Source of the DNA: Phyllosticta citribraziliensis
Taxonomy: Eukaryota
Direction of reading: 5' to 3'
NCBI RefSeq assembly: GCF_038025025.1
Contig: NW_027117345.1
Coordinates: 806,001 to 870,000, forward strand
DNA length: 64,000 nucleotides
Shown here: in pieces, positions 36,605 through 48,611 of the stretch
How the letters are laid out: each line of letters opens with the position of its first letter
Position numbering within the stretch: position 1 is the stretch's first letter
The notes under the pieces: model-generated
Database searches by the model: none
What the model saw: the letters and a program-made list of their open reading frames with translations, nothing else
Told to the model about the DNA's origin: nothing
Made by a program: the position numbers and the translations under genes

Positions 36605-37236
36605 ATGGCATCACTCATGAGCCGCCGCATGGTAATGCACCCCTTCTCCGAAACACGGTCGTCGTAAGTAGGGGTCCTCGTCGCTAACTGGCCTGCCCGC
36701 TACTAGCTTTCGCGCGAAGATGAAGTCGCGACGGGCGGCGAAGAGGTGCAAGTGCGCCGTGAAGATCAGGACAAGATCAACAGATTCAGTCGGTTGCACC
36801 AGCGCGAAAAGGTGCTCGAGGAGGAGCTCAAGACCAAACAGGTGAGCAAGTATGTCCATTCCCTGCAACGTGAAAGAAGCTGACTCGTTGGTTTCTGCGG
36901 GGCTTCAGAAGGACAAGGAGGATCTCGAGGAGGTGTCTACCGAGCTAGAGCTCGTGGACGAAGACGAAAAAGTGCCGTATGTTGCCCGCTGTCGACATGA
37001 ATTGGGACGCAGGGAGAACTAACACGTCACGTGACGGAAATAGGTACAAGATCGGCGACGCGTTTGTGTCGTTGCCGCAAGCAGAGGTTCTGGAGCTGCT
37101 TGGCTCAGCCACGGAGAAGATTGAAAAAGAGGTCGAAGCGGTCGAGGAAGAGCTCAGCAGCGTGCGCGACGAGATGCAGGAGTGCAAGGTGGCGCTGTAC
37201 GCGAGATTCGGCAGGAGTATCAACTTGGAGACATAA
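36605..37236 (+). CDS. GIM3: Prefoldin subunit 4
   Basis: Spliced MASLMSRRM|LSREDE..VRREDQDKINRFSRLHQRE..|KDKEDLEEVSTELELVDEDEKVP|YKIGDAFVSL..LYARFGRSINLET. Confidence 0.92.
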
Positions 37237-38212
37237 AACCTCCCGACGCCAACCGAAGTCACAGCCATTTCGAATCCAAAGCTTCATGAAACGCCGCTCA
37301 GTCTCCTGTCACAGATTGCCCGCCTCCGCCGTTCTGGACCCGGTTGCTGCTTGCTTGTTTGTTTGCTTCTTGGTTCCCCGACTCTGGGTCGACCATGGAC
37401 TCTGCTTTTCCACATGTTTGTCCAACACCTTGGTTGTCGTCGCTGCAAGGCCTCTCGGAGCACGCGTGGCTTATTCAGCCTCCCAATGTGGCGATGCAGC
37501 ACGGCCCGCTGCGAAGCTCGATCACATTTTTACTTGCGGGTAACTGCCGTCATAACCGACCAGGGTTTACTCATACCTTTGGGCTACAATCACGACTTCA
37601 ATGTGCTCCCACACGCTGGCTTGACAGCGTCAACATACTGCGTCTACCCCCTTGACAGGATCTCACGCACATGTAGGGCTGGGCCGAGACCACCCTGCCG
37701 ATCCCTTGCGCAGATGCAGCGAAACACCTGTCGACCAACCGGTGCCGGCCCAAAAGATGAACTGCTCTGGACACGAGCGCTGCGTCACTGCACGCCCTCT
37801 CCGTGGCAAGTGGAGCGCGTTGAAGATCTGTTTCGGAGCGACATTGACCACTTAGTGATGCATTCAGCCACTCGAAAAAGGTCGCCGTCCAGCTCTGACC
37901 AAACGAAACCAAACGCCCACGAATCAAGCAAAGCGCATGCATGCTCTTTTTTCTGTGCCTCTCCGGTGTCCCCCCACTGTGCCTTCGCTGGGGCATCTCC
38001 ACTTTTTTGCCAATGGTCTAAAAGCCGTTCAGTTTCTCCGTTTTCTCTCCTCTTTTTCCTACTCATTCCCTTCTCGGCCTTTCCTAACGCCGTTTCCGTT
38101 CGCTGTTTACTGCCCGGCGCAGTAGTTTCTTATATTTGTGGTGCTGGTCGTCCCTAAACTCCCTCATCATTGCCTTGCCTCGTACCCTCTTATACCTGTT
38201 CCATTCACCATC

Positions 38213-40505
38213 ATGAGGTCCGAGACTTCGCATCGGCCTAGCCGTCTTCTCAGCGTTGATAGCGGATCCCATGACTCTTCTCCCAGCCAAAACTGTATGT
38301 TGTCTTCGTCATCCCGCTCCATGGCTCCCATGTGCATCCTGTGTCTGTTTCTTTCGCTGAGATCATTGGAGCCATTCGCAACGATGGAATCTTTCGCCTT
38401 GCTCCTGCGCCCCTCTCCCCCGCAACCCCAGCAACTCCCCGATCCCCCGCATCTTTCAAGGAGGTCGAGCTCGATTACGAAAAGGGAAACGACTCCCAAT
38501 TGTCCTCTCCTACCTCGAGCTCGGCTGCTTCGACCACGAAGAGAGTGGTTAGCTTTGAGAAGGATGACCCCGATAATCCTGTAAACTGGACTACGGTGCG
38601 TGATCTATTCTGCTTCTACCGGGGTTTCTGTCACGGTATCAAGTGAGATGCCCCAGAATTTCTGCTGATGGCTGGCCTGCCATCGAAGCTTGGTGTCAAA
38701 AGTCATGGCACACAGCCGACACTTTCTTCATCGGGCGGTCAGATGAATACTTTTGAGAGACGTTGAATGCTCCTCATATCTTCCTCCTGCTCAGATATCC
38801 TCGTGCGTTCTTCGTATCCGGGTACGGATCCTCCCCGTCTCGCTGGAAACATCGTGTATATCATGACTTTTAGCACCAAACCTCCGAGCGGCATGTTGGA
38901 AGGGGTCTCAATTTCCTTTGGCGAGGCGTCTCCTAAATATTTTTGGCACTTTTCTAACGACCTTCTAGAAAAAGAAATTGCTGCCTCTGACGACCGCGAT
39001 TGTTGCCGTCTTAAACAGCACCATTTCGTCATCTCTTTCCTCCGGCGCCTCCTCTGAGCTTAGCGCCTACTTCGACGTCACCAATCAATCGCTCCTTGTG
39101 CTCCCGACCTCCATCTTCATCGTCGGCTACGTCGTAGGACCCCTCATCTTCGGGCCGCTCTCCGAATTCTATGGCCGCAAATGGGTCATGACAGGAGCCT
39201 TCGCAATGTTCACCGCTTTCACTCTGGGCTGCGCCCTCGCCCAAAGCTTCGCACAGCTCGTCGTGTTCCGTCTCCTTGTCGGCGTGCCCGGTAGCTGCGC
39301 CATCAGTGTCGTAGGTGGCATTTGCGCCGACGTTTACAATGATCCACTCTGGCGAGGCCGCGCCATGGCCGTCTACATGGCAGCGACGACGTTCGGTCCG
39401 CTTATTGGGCCCATAATCTCGGGCTTCATCAGTGTAGTGGACTGGAGATGGACCTTCTGGGTTGGGTTGATCATCGCAGGAATCACTTGGGTCCCTCTCG
39501 TCTTGATGCCCGAAACGTATGCACCAATCATTTTGAAGCAGCGAGCAGCACGGCTGCGCAAAGAGACGGGTGATCCAAGTATCGTTGCGCCAATCGAGGT
39601 CGAGAACAAGGGTTGGAAGTACGTCGTTGTCGTTGTTTTGACCCGCCCAATTCGCATGATGCTTTTCGAGTGGCTCGTCCTCTTCTGCTGCGTATACCTC
39701 AGCTTCGTCTATGCCGTGTTTTACCTTCTTTTTCAGGCCTTTCCGATCATTTACAAAGGTAAGTATTGTTTATTCCGCGATGACTCGGTTTACGATGCTA
39801 ATTGCAATTTCAATAGACGGATATGGCTTCAACGCGGGAGAGGAGGGTTTGGCATTTCTCCCAAGTAAGTTCACCGCTCAGATTGCTCAGGGTGGTCACT
39901 GATTCTTCCCAGTCGGCGTCGGTGTCGTCTTTGCCTCTATTATGTACCTCGCCTGGGATGCGTATCTCGGGAAAGCAGCTGCGCAGGGCAAATCCTGGAC
40001 CCACACCGAAGAAGCCCGACGTCTCCCTTTGGCCTGCATGGCGGGACCGTTCCTCGTTGGCTCGCTTTTCTGGATTGGATGGTCTGCACGCCCAGGCGAA
40101 GTCCACTGGATCGTCCCAGTCCTCGGAGGCATCCCCTATGGCATTGGATACCTGCTCATCTTCATGTCTATCCTCAACTACCTCGTCGACGCATACGAGA
40201 CATTCTCTGCTTCGGCTATGGCGGCTTCGGGCACCGCAAGAAGCATCTTTGGAGCGGCGCTTCCATTTGCCGCAAAACCGATGTACGGCAATCTGGGTGT
40301 CGGCTGGGCGTGCAGCGTCCTTGGCTTCATCATGTTGGCTCTGTGCGGGATTCCCTTTGTTTTCATCAAATATGGAGACAAAATCAGGGCCAACAGTGCC
40401 TTTTGCAGGGAACTGAAGGAGAAGAAGGAGAAGGAAAGGGATGAAGTGGCCATTGTGGTCACCGATGAGAGTGATGTTGAAAAGAATGCTGAAAGACTGC
40501 AATAA
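38213..40505 (+). CDS. MFS transporter, DHA1 drug:H+ antiporter family
   Basis: FEKDDPDNPVNWT|KKK, GPLSEFYGRK, WRWTFW, PETYAPIIL, LTRPIRM, NYLVDAY..SASAMA. The 5' exon and start codon are uncertain. Confidence 0.88.
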
Positions 40506-40865
40506 GAAATACACAAATTGGGATGGCTTTGGAAAAAGGAAGGCGCAAAATTGGACAACAAAAGAAGGAAGAAGCAACCTCGAAACATGGAACAAGAAAT
40601 TGGAGGAAGTTGCTGGTCGGGCCAACAAAGAGCAGCCGGCTGCTCCTCTCCAACATGACCCGCAGTAAACGGACAATCCGGCGAATTTCAACAATACTCG
40701 GATGGACTTGACATATTCGGCATAGCACTCGGTATAGGCGTCTGGTGTACGTATAGATTGGAGCAACACCAAGACAAACAAGCTCAGATCCACGTGATGC
40801 GTCACCCCACATGAAAAAGCGAAGCTTGCCCTCAGAATGCTTATCCCGCACACCCCCCAGACCAT

Positions 40866-41347
40866 CGATAAGGCGTATCGCCAGCTTCGCGTCCACCATT
40901 GGCCCGTCCGATGCAGGATTCACCACGTCCATTTACAACGCCGCCTACCTCGCCGCCACATCACGTCTCTTGGGAAAAGGACCGTTCTAGCGTGAAGGCA
41001 ACTGACAGCGAAGCCCAGTGTGCTCCTTGCCCGGCCCGACAACTGCGATAGACATCTCAACCGCGGCGACGGTCCGCCCGCTGAAATCCATCGCCTCGGG
41101 TGCAACCGCGCTCTATGCCATGGATGTTAGTCCCCCCGCCGCGGAAAGATAAGCCCGTCGCAACGCAGGCGGCGAGTCGTACACACGCAGCGGAGCCGAC
41201 TTGAAGGCGGAATTGCAGACCAACAACCTCGTCGGTAGTTTAGATAGCCTTGCAAGCTTCTGGGCCGGACAGGGAGAGGCGTTGCTGCAGATAGCACCCA
41301 ATTCCGCACATTCCAGCATGGGTCGAAAGGTGGGGAGCGGTATAAGG
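40866..41347 (+). promoter_or_regulatory. Permease promoter: five HGATAR sites, SYGGRG sites, TATA box
   Basis: GATA sites at 40866, 41046, 41147, 41242 and 41289; GCGGAG at 41190 and GTGGGG at 41330; TATAAG at 41341. Confidence 0.5.
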
Positions 41348-41615
41348 ACGCGCGCTACTGCACGCGCAGCATTATGACGATGTTGTTGTGAGACACTGCT
41401 ACCTGGACATCTTACTTCACGAGCGCGCGGCTGCTACTGGTCAACTTTGCCTTGGCTTGGAATCATTTTCTCAGCTACACAACACCGCGCTTCAACCTCT
41501 GAAACGACTGCCGTCTCCTTTCTTCTTCTTTCATGATTTTTGTTGTCGGCATTTATCCAAGTCATCGTCTCTTCGGTCTGTTTTGAAAGCCTCCACATTC
41601 CCTCGCAGGGAGACC

Positions 41616-43567
41616 ATGACCGCCGACGCCATACCGGAGGAAGATGGCAGGAGAAGCGCTTCCGTTGTTTTCAAGGCGCAAGCCGATGGACTTGCCAGTG
41701 CTGAGGATGCCGAGGTTTTGGCTGGGTTGGGATACAAACAGGAGCTTCGTCGAAACTTCACAATGATCGAAGTGTTTGGTGCGGACGCTTTCTCTCCCTG
41801 GAATCTTTTTATACGCGACTCTAATGCACAATTGGAACGAATTAGGTCTTGCCTTTTCCATCATGGGGCTTCTACCATCCATTGCCAGCACCTTGACCTA
41901 CAGTCTGCCGGCCGGGCCCGTTGGTCTGGTTTGGGGCTGGTTCGTGCCGAGTCTCTTCATCTTTTTCGTGGGCCTCGCAATGGCAGACCTCGCGAGTGCC
42001 ATGCCTACATCGGGCGGCCTCTATTTTTGGTCCCACTACTTTGCCTCGCCAAACACCCGCAACGCGCTCAGCTTCCTGGTTGGCTACAGCAACACACTCG
42101 GTCTCATCGGCGGCTTGTGCAGCATCGACTACGGATTCTCCCTCATGCTGCTATCAGTCGTTGTGATTGCCCGCGATGGTGAATGGGAGCCTTCACGAGG
42201 AGTCATCTACGCTGTCTTCCTGGCCTGTATCCTCTGTCACGGGGTGCTGGCGTCGACCTTGTCCAAAGTCATGGGCAAGCTGCAGACGGTGTTTGTCGTC
42301 GCCAATTTCGTCCTGATTGCTGCGACAGTGATCGCGCTACCGATCGGAAGGGCAGATCAGCGCAATGACGCTGCTTTTATATTTGGGAAAGTCGACAATC
42401 TGACGACCTGGCCGGCAGGATGGAGTGAGTTTTAAAGAATCCACTCAGCAGTCAGTTTCTAACGTTCTTTGAAGCATTCATGCTCAGCTGGCTCTCGCCC
42501 ATTTGGACGATCGGTGAGTAAAGTCTCTTTAGTCTTACCCCTGATCCTTTACCCCTGACCCCTGACCCTCAAATAGGTGCCTTTGACTCCTGCGTTCACA
42601 TCAGCGAAGAGGCTGCCAACGCCACTCGTGCTGTGCCCTACGGCATCCTCATGTCGATCGGGTCATGCTGGATCTTCGGATGGATCATCGTCATCGTCAT
42701 TGCAGCGTGCATGTCGCCCGACGTTTCCAGCATTTTGGGTTCTGCGTATGGTCAACCCATGGCACAGATCTACTACGACGCTTTGGGCAAGCGGGGAGCG
42801 CTCGGCTTCATGATCCTGATGTTCATCGTGCAATTTCTGATGGGGTTGTCGATAGTCGTAGCAGCTTCGCGTCAGACGTGGGCCTTCTCACGCGACGGCG
42901 CGCTGCCCTTCTCATCCTTCTTCCGGCCAATCAGCAAGACGTTCGGCTACATCCCGCTGCGCGCGGTATGGGGCTGCGTCTTCCTGGGCGCAGTGCTGGG
43001 ACTCCTCAGCCTCATCGACAGCGCCGCGGCCAGCGCCCTCTTCTCGCTCGGCGTCGCCGGCAACAACGTCGCCTGGGGCACGCCCATCTTCTGCCGGCTG
43101 GTGTGGGGCGAGCACAAGTTCAAGCCGGGGCCATTCTACACGGGCAAGTTCAGCAAGCCCATTGGCTGGATCGCCATCGTCTTCATGGTTTTCGGCACCC
43201 TGCTTGCCATGTTCCCGACCGGCGGCCCCAATCCTACTGTTGGCACGATGAATTACACGTGCGTCATCAGCGTTGCCTTGTGGGGCGGCAGTCTCGCGTA
43301 CTATTACATCGACGCGCGCAAGTGGTGAGTTCTCCGCTTTCCCCTGTTTCTCCCCCAAAAAACCTCGATCAAACTGACGCGCAAACCAGGTTCACCGGCC
43401 CTAGAACAACTCTCGATGCCGACGAGCTCTCCAAAGACCAGCAAGACGCTCTGAGGGACGAGGGCACGACCATTGAGGGCATCAAGCCGTCCAGCATCAG
43501 TGGCGGCGGCGAGGAAAGCTCCCCTGTTGTCATTACCAAGAGCCAGGACAATCAGCCCAGAGATTGA
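41616..43567 (+). CDS. APC-family amino acid/GABA permease (ACT subfamily, Uga4/GabA-like)
   Basis: LGYKQELRRNF, AFSIMGLLPSIASTL, SAMPTSGGLYFW, FDSCVHISEEAANA, SRQTWAFSRDGALPFS, MNYTCV, ARKW|FTGP. Confidence 0.9.
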
Positions 43568-43727
43568 GAGCCGAGCAAACAGGCGGGCAACCAAAACTCG
43601 GCGCTCTCAATCCGCCTACTACATATCTGTGGACGAAGTAGCGGCACCAGTATAGGACTCTTGTTCTGAGTTGAGGGAGGTGCTTGTTCACAATACAATA
43701 TATACCAACCTTTTCACCTTCTTTTCC

Positions 43728-43846
43728 ACGTACGACCATAGCAGGTAGAAAACTCGGAACCCCGTCCGCTCTTCCATAGATAAGCTACCTTGCGGCCGAT
43801 TAGTAGTTGCGTGGGTGACCAGCAGCGAATCCCGGCTGTTGTACGT
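43728..43846 (+). rRNA. 5S rRNA: Dispersed 5S rRNA gene (119 nt)
   Basis: ACGTACGACCATAG..GAAAAC..CCCGTCCGCTC..TAAGC..TTAGTAGTTG..GGGTGACC..AGCGAATCCC..CTGTTGTACGT. The termini pair with each other, a T-run terminator follows, and a TATA-like AATATATA lies about 25-30 nt upstream. Confidence 0.95.
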
Positions 43847-44201
43847 TTTGTCTTTAGTTTTTGTGGAGCTATCGTGCATGGGAAGTGGTCTGTGTGTCGT
43901 GAGACAGGAGGCCTGAACCATCTAGCCAAGTCGTAGCACGCACATGCCCTTTTACTTCCTTTTCACTACGAGGAGCAGGATGAATACATCTTCTTTACAT
44001 TGCTTGGATAACAGGTCTCGAACCTTGTTTTTTGAGTCATTCAAGTCACATGACTTTTCCCTACTTCATCCTTCAAGAAGGCTTTACGAAGTAAGATCTC
44101 AGAATACCGCAGGCACAGAGCAGTGGATATGTGTCGACGCGCAGTCAAAGATTGTAGTGGTGGAAGCATGCAATTATTAATTCCAACCCCTATATACAAA
44201 T

Positions 44202-47196
44202 CTACCATATCCTCTTCGCAACCATGCTATACCTAGCCGTCGCCTCCAAAACACCAGTGCCGCCATCCTTCTCATCCCTCTCCTTGCGCTTCTGCTTCTC
44301 CTCACGCTCGCGCAAAGCGCGGAAACCCTCGGGATCATCCGCATAGATCCACCTCTTCTTGTCCTCGTCGACCTCCGTGACGCCCCACCCACCGATGCGC
44401 TTGCCGTCCGTCGTGTGGCCCATGCGCTCGCGCTCCTTCATGCCGCGGTACCGGCTGCGCGCGAACGACAGCAGCACCATGCCCAGCACCAGCTTGAGGG
44501 CCAGCAGCACAAAGTAGACGACCAGGAAGAAGACGACCATGGTTGCAAAGGCGATGGCGTCGTCGAGGGACCATGACGTCCAAGCTGAGCGGAACGAGGG
44601 CGCGCCGGCCACGCCTGCGCCGAACGAGGAGCGGCCGAGCGCTCGCCGGAAGATGTGGTCGATGTGTGCCAAGGCGGCCGTGGTCGCCGGTGAGCTTGCG
44701 GACGCGGACTCCTCTACTGAAAGACCCGTTGCAGAACTGGGTATGGGCAAGGGCATGTGCGTTGCCAGGAACATGTGGTAGGTTTGCATGGTAGCTCGGA
44801 TGAAGAGACAAGCGAGGGGGAGGACAGGTAAGCCCAAGCGCTTGGTGAGGTTCTGGTCGGAAAAGGCGTGGCTGTAGTAGTCCTTGGACAGGACGTCCAG
44901 GAAGCGTCCGTAGATGGTGGGTTTGGTGTTGTTGAACTTGGTGATGTACGCGTGCTTGAGCCAGTCTACAAGCATCTCGCTGCCTAGGACCAGTAGAAAC
45001 GGACCCAACACCTGCCCTGTCCATTTGGGAAATATGGTAAAGCTCTTGGGTATGATGCTGGGGCTTCTGAACGGCGCGGACGTGCCGTTCCCGCCCAAGC
45101 CACCAGAGCTCGTCGAGCTGGAAACATCGCCCAAGATGGTCAAACCGCCAACCTCGACAATGTTCCTCAGAGCAATGATCATGAGCATGAGCCACAGTTG
45201 GAACCGCTCAACCATGTCAGCGCAGGTGAGCTGGAAAAGATTCTCCTTTTCAAATTTCTTGAAAACCGTTCCTTTAATCTCAACAAATTGGTTGGACATG
45301 AGGAGTGTCAGCAACGCATTTGAGTACGAGTTGACAGCCACATTCAATGTGATGACTTGATAGAAGAGGGCGGTGGCGTGGATGGAGTTGTAAGCGAGCG
45401 CCAGTAGGAACATCCAAAAAGGACGAATGACCTTGCTACGGCCATCCTCGTTTCGATCGAGCGTCTCGCGTGACAGCAGGCATTCCAGGATATCTTGGCC
45501 GAGAGCCGAGAACAAGCGGTCGCATACCTGGGCCAGTTAGCACTGTTGGTTGGATAAGACTTGCGGAACTTACCTCGAGCACGTTGTAGATTACATAAAG
45601 CTTGATGGCCGCTTGCCCCCTGATGTTGTGGTATGTTCTGCTCGCATCGAAACGCATCAAAACCAAACATGTCGAGATCACCAGCAATCCCTTCAAGAGG
45701 TCGGCCTTGTGATTTGGTAATAATGCAGAAGGAACAGACTTGAGCCTGCGGTGACGATAAACGGAAGGGTTCTTGCCCGACCTTCGCGACGACGGCGGCT
45801 CTACGATTGCGGGGATCGTGATTGATGGCGTACGCTCTTGGGGATTCGTTGAAGGAGGAGTCTGAAGCGGAAAAGAGGCAGCTTTGGGCGTCTCGTGTAC
45901 TTCTTTCGGCGCGTTCGGCCCCGCCTTCTCTGCACCCATCTGCCTTCTCTTCCACCATCTGCCAGTGCCCAAATAGATGACCGTAGCCATGCCGTGGACC
46001 TCCTTCCAAGCCTCGGTGGTCCACCACTTGGCGAGGATCCATATCGCCTTGAGGAATCTCAACGGCAATATCGTAAACGTGTAGAGCCATGCATCAAGAC
46101 ACGCCAGTGCGCCGAATCCAAGGGATTGCTCCAGCTCAAAGGGAAGGATCAAGAAGTTGACCAAGCGCTCAAACTTGATCCGGGACGACTCGTACGGGAA
46201 ATCGCTCACCGCCGGCCGGTGGATGTACAGAGGAGAAGGTCTTTCAGAAGAAAGCTCCAACTGCAAATAAGTGGGTATCGATAATGGTGGAAGAGGTATG
46301 CTCGGCGGCATGGGTGAAGGAACAGGTCCATCATGCGCAGATGAAGGCTTCAGGCGGGCATTGCTATCGTTTGTATTCTTTTCTTCCAGGTTCAGCGGCA
46401 CGGGTCGGTTCTTTTGCTGTCCAGCGGAGTCGACTGCCGGAGTCAGTCCTCCCCTCGACGAGTGCTTGCGTCTGATGATGGGCGGCGTTGAGACGGTCCG
46501 CGAAGACATGCTCGGCCTCGCCGACCTCGAATGGCCAGAGCCCGTCTTTGCAATGACAATCTCGTCCAGCTGGCCTTGATCTGCCGCCTTCCCGGAGCTC
46601 CGCGCCTGTCCGTTGCCGTTGGCCGCCTTCAGCACGTCTGGTGGCGAGACGTGCTTGTCCGGAGACCTCGACCGCGAAGTCTTGCCCGACTCGGTTTTCT
46701 CGTATATCAGAGGGGATTCCTCGAGTATAGGCATCTGCTCGGGCAGGGGGTCGGCGGGTCGGGTCGGCAGGGACGTCGGCGACGACGTGAGCTCCTGGAT
46801 CTGCTGGGGCGACAGCTTCAGGATGCCATTCTTGTCTGCGTCGCTGCTGCGGGGCGAGCGCGGGCTGGCAATGCTGCTCTTCCTCCGTACGTGCTGTGTC
46901 GCGGGTTCCTGGCGGTTTTCTTTTGCGTCTCTCGTGGCGTCCAACGGGCTCGTGCCGTTGAGCTGTGGCTCCTTTTCCTCAACTTTATTTCTTTCATGCT
47001 TGTTCTCCTTGGCCATGCCGTTGCCATTCGGCGCGTCCTTGGCCAGAGACAGAGCCTCGACGTCGCCCTGGGCGCCATCGTCGTGTGCCCATGTTTCTCC
47101 TGGATCCGGCGTGTCGCGCGGCGAAGGCAGCTGTCCGTTGGAATTCAGGGCCGGGAATGCTTCACCGGGCTCTGCTTGGTTGCGCAGCTCGGTCAT
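44202..47196 (-). CDS. EMP65: ER membrane protein EMP65/TAPT1 (DUF747)
   Basis: FGALACLDAWLYTFTILPLR, YHNIRGQAAIKLYVIYNVLE|V, LLMSNQFVEIKGTVFKKFEKENLFQLTCADMVERF, DWLKHAYITKFN. One intron at ~45529-45574. Confidence 0.92.
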
Positions 47197-47450
47197 GGCG
47201 CTGCAGAGTCGTAGAGGGAGCGAGTGACATGCTTTCCACGCCGAGTCGACACGCTCAATAAGCTGGTTCTGGCGTCGCGTTACGGTTACAATGACGTTTT
47301 GGAACAAGTAGAGCGAGCGGTGTAACGGCGCCGAGAGCAGCACGCGGGGAGCGGAGCTGGAGCGGAAGCCAAGATGGATGACCATCCAATGGACCCCTCC
47401 AAAACCTGAGCACCAACACCACCACATCAGTCCGCCACGCACCTCTCAAA

Positions 47451-48154
47451 ATGTCTGCAGGTGGCTACGAAGGTACATCAATCGCGCCCAACCGCTCAAA
47501 CTCCCAGGTTGACTAGAAGCAGTGGAACACAACATCGCGGCCGAGGAGGCCAACAAGGCGCACGATGGCCGCCGCCCCGACCTCTCGACCTTCTACTCTG
47601 CGCTGGACCAGCTGGACGACTCGCGAGAAGCGCGGCACAATCCGCACGCGCTGCCTACGCCGTCCGACCTAGCCGCCCTGTATGACATGCTTGCCGACGC
47701 CATAGCCCTCATGCGCGGCACCGATGAGACGCAGCACCTCGAGCTGGTCGACCAGCTGCGCCAGATGGCCAACAACCCTCCGCCCGGCGGCGTCAAGGGC
47801 GTCCCGGATAGCTTCCTCGATGCGCTGGACCGCGTGCCGAAGAAGGCGCTGAAGAAGGACGATCAGTGCAACATTTGCGGGTTGCCCTTCTTGGACGGTG
47901 AGTTGCTGCCTGCTGCCTGCGACGAACGATGGTGAGGGCGCGCTGCTGACGTATTGTTTGCCATAGACCCGTACCCGCTAGTCGTCGAGCTCCCCTGTCA
48001 TCCGTTGCATCGCTTCGACCTCGAGTGCATTCGCCCGTGGCTGAAGATCAACACTACGTGCCCACTGGACCGCAAGGACCTCCTCAAGAAGAAGACACCC
48101 CCACCTCCGCCACCGGAAGATGACGAGGAAGAGTGGGATGACCAATTTGCATGA
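47451..48154 (+). CDS. Small RING-H2 zinc-finger protein (putative E3 ligase)
   Basis: MSAGGYE|VEHNI..RRPDLSTF..GVPDSFLDALDRVPKK..CNIC..|DPYPLVVELPCHPLHRFDLECIRPWLKINTTCPLDR. Confidence 0.88.
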
Positions 48155-48611
48155 TGCATGATGTATAAAGGCAGGCACTCGGGCGGCGTTCGGGCTGGGG
48201 AGTTTTGACTGTGGCAGCGTGGCGTGCTGTATTTGTCTTTTGGCGGGACATGGTGAGACGAACCATCATGGGGGTATAGAGGTGGCTGGGACGCAAGACA
48301 ATATGTTGGAGATTCAAGTTCTGGGTTGACGGTAGAACATACTACACGGTATAAAGCTGTGCTGCAAGGATGGGAACGGAGAGCAATCTCTTCCAAGAAT
48401 TTCAGGCACATGGAACTTTCTGAACAAATGGCCAACAGGCTTCTATGAGGAGTGATGGTCAACGTACCACGGTCAGACTTTTGTATTGAAGCGGCTTCTT
48501 TCCAGAGCTCTTCTCCATCCAGCGCCAGCACACAGTGGTATCAAAACGACAGACAAGACCTCTTGCTTCAAGCCCACTCTCGCCCATACATCTTCCTCTC
48601 CCTCCCATCGA

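Noticed and set aside
37351..38157. 268-aa ORF between prefoldin and the MFS gene
   Set aside because: Non-ATG start, atypical Cys/Arg-rich composition, no motifs, and it overlaps the expected UTR/promoter sequence.
44015..44023. B-box-like GTTCGAGAC on the minus strand near the 5S gene
   Set aside because: No cloverleaf or A-box; a single 9-mer is expected by chance.
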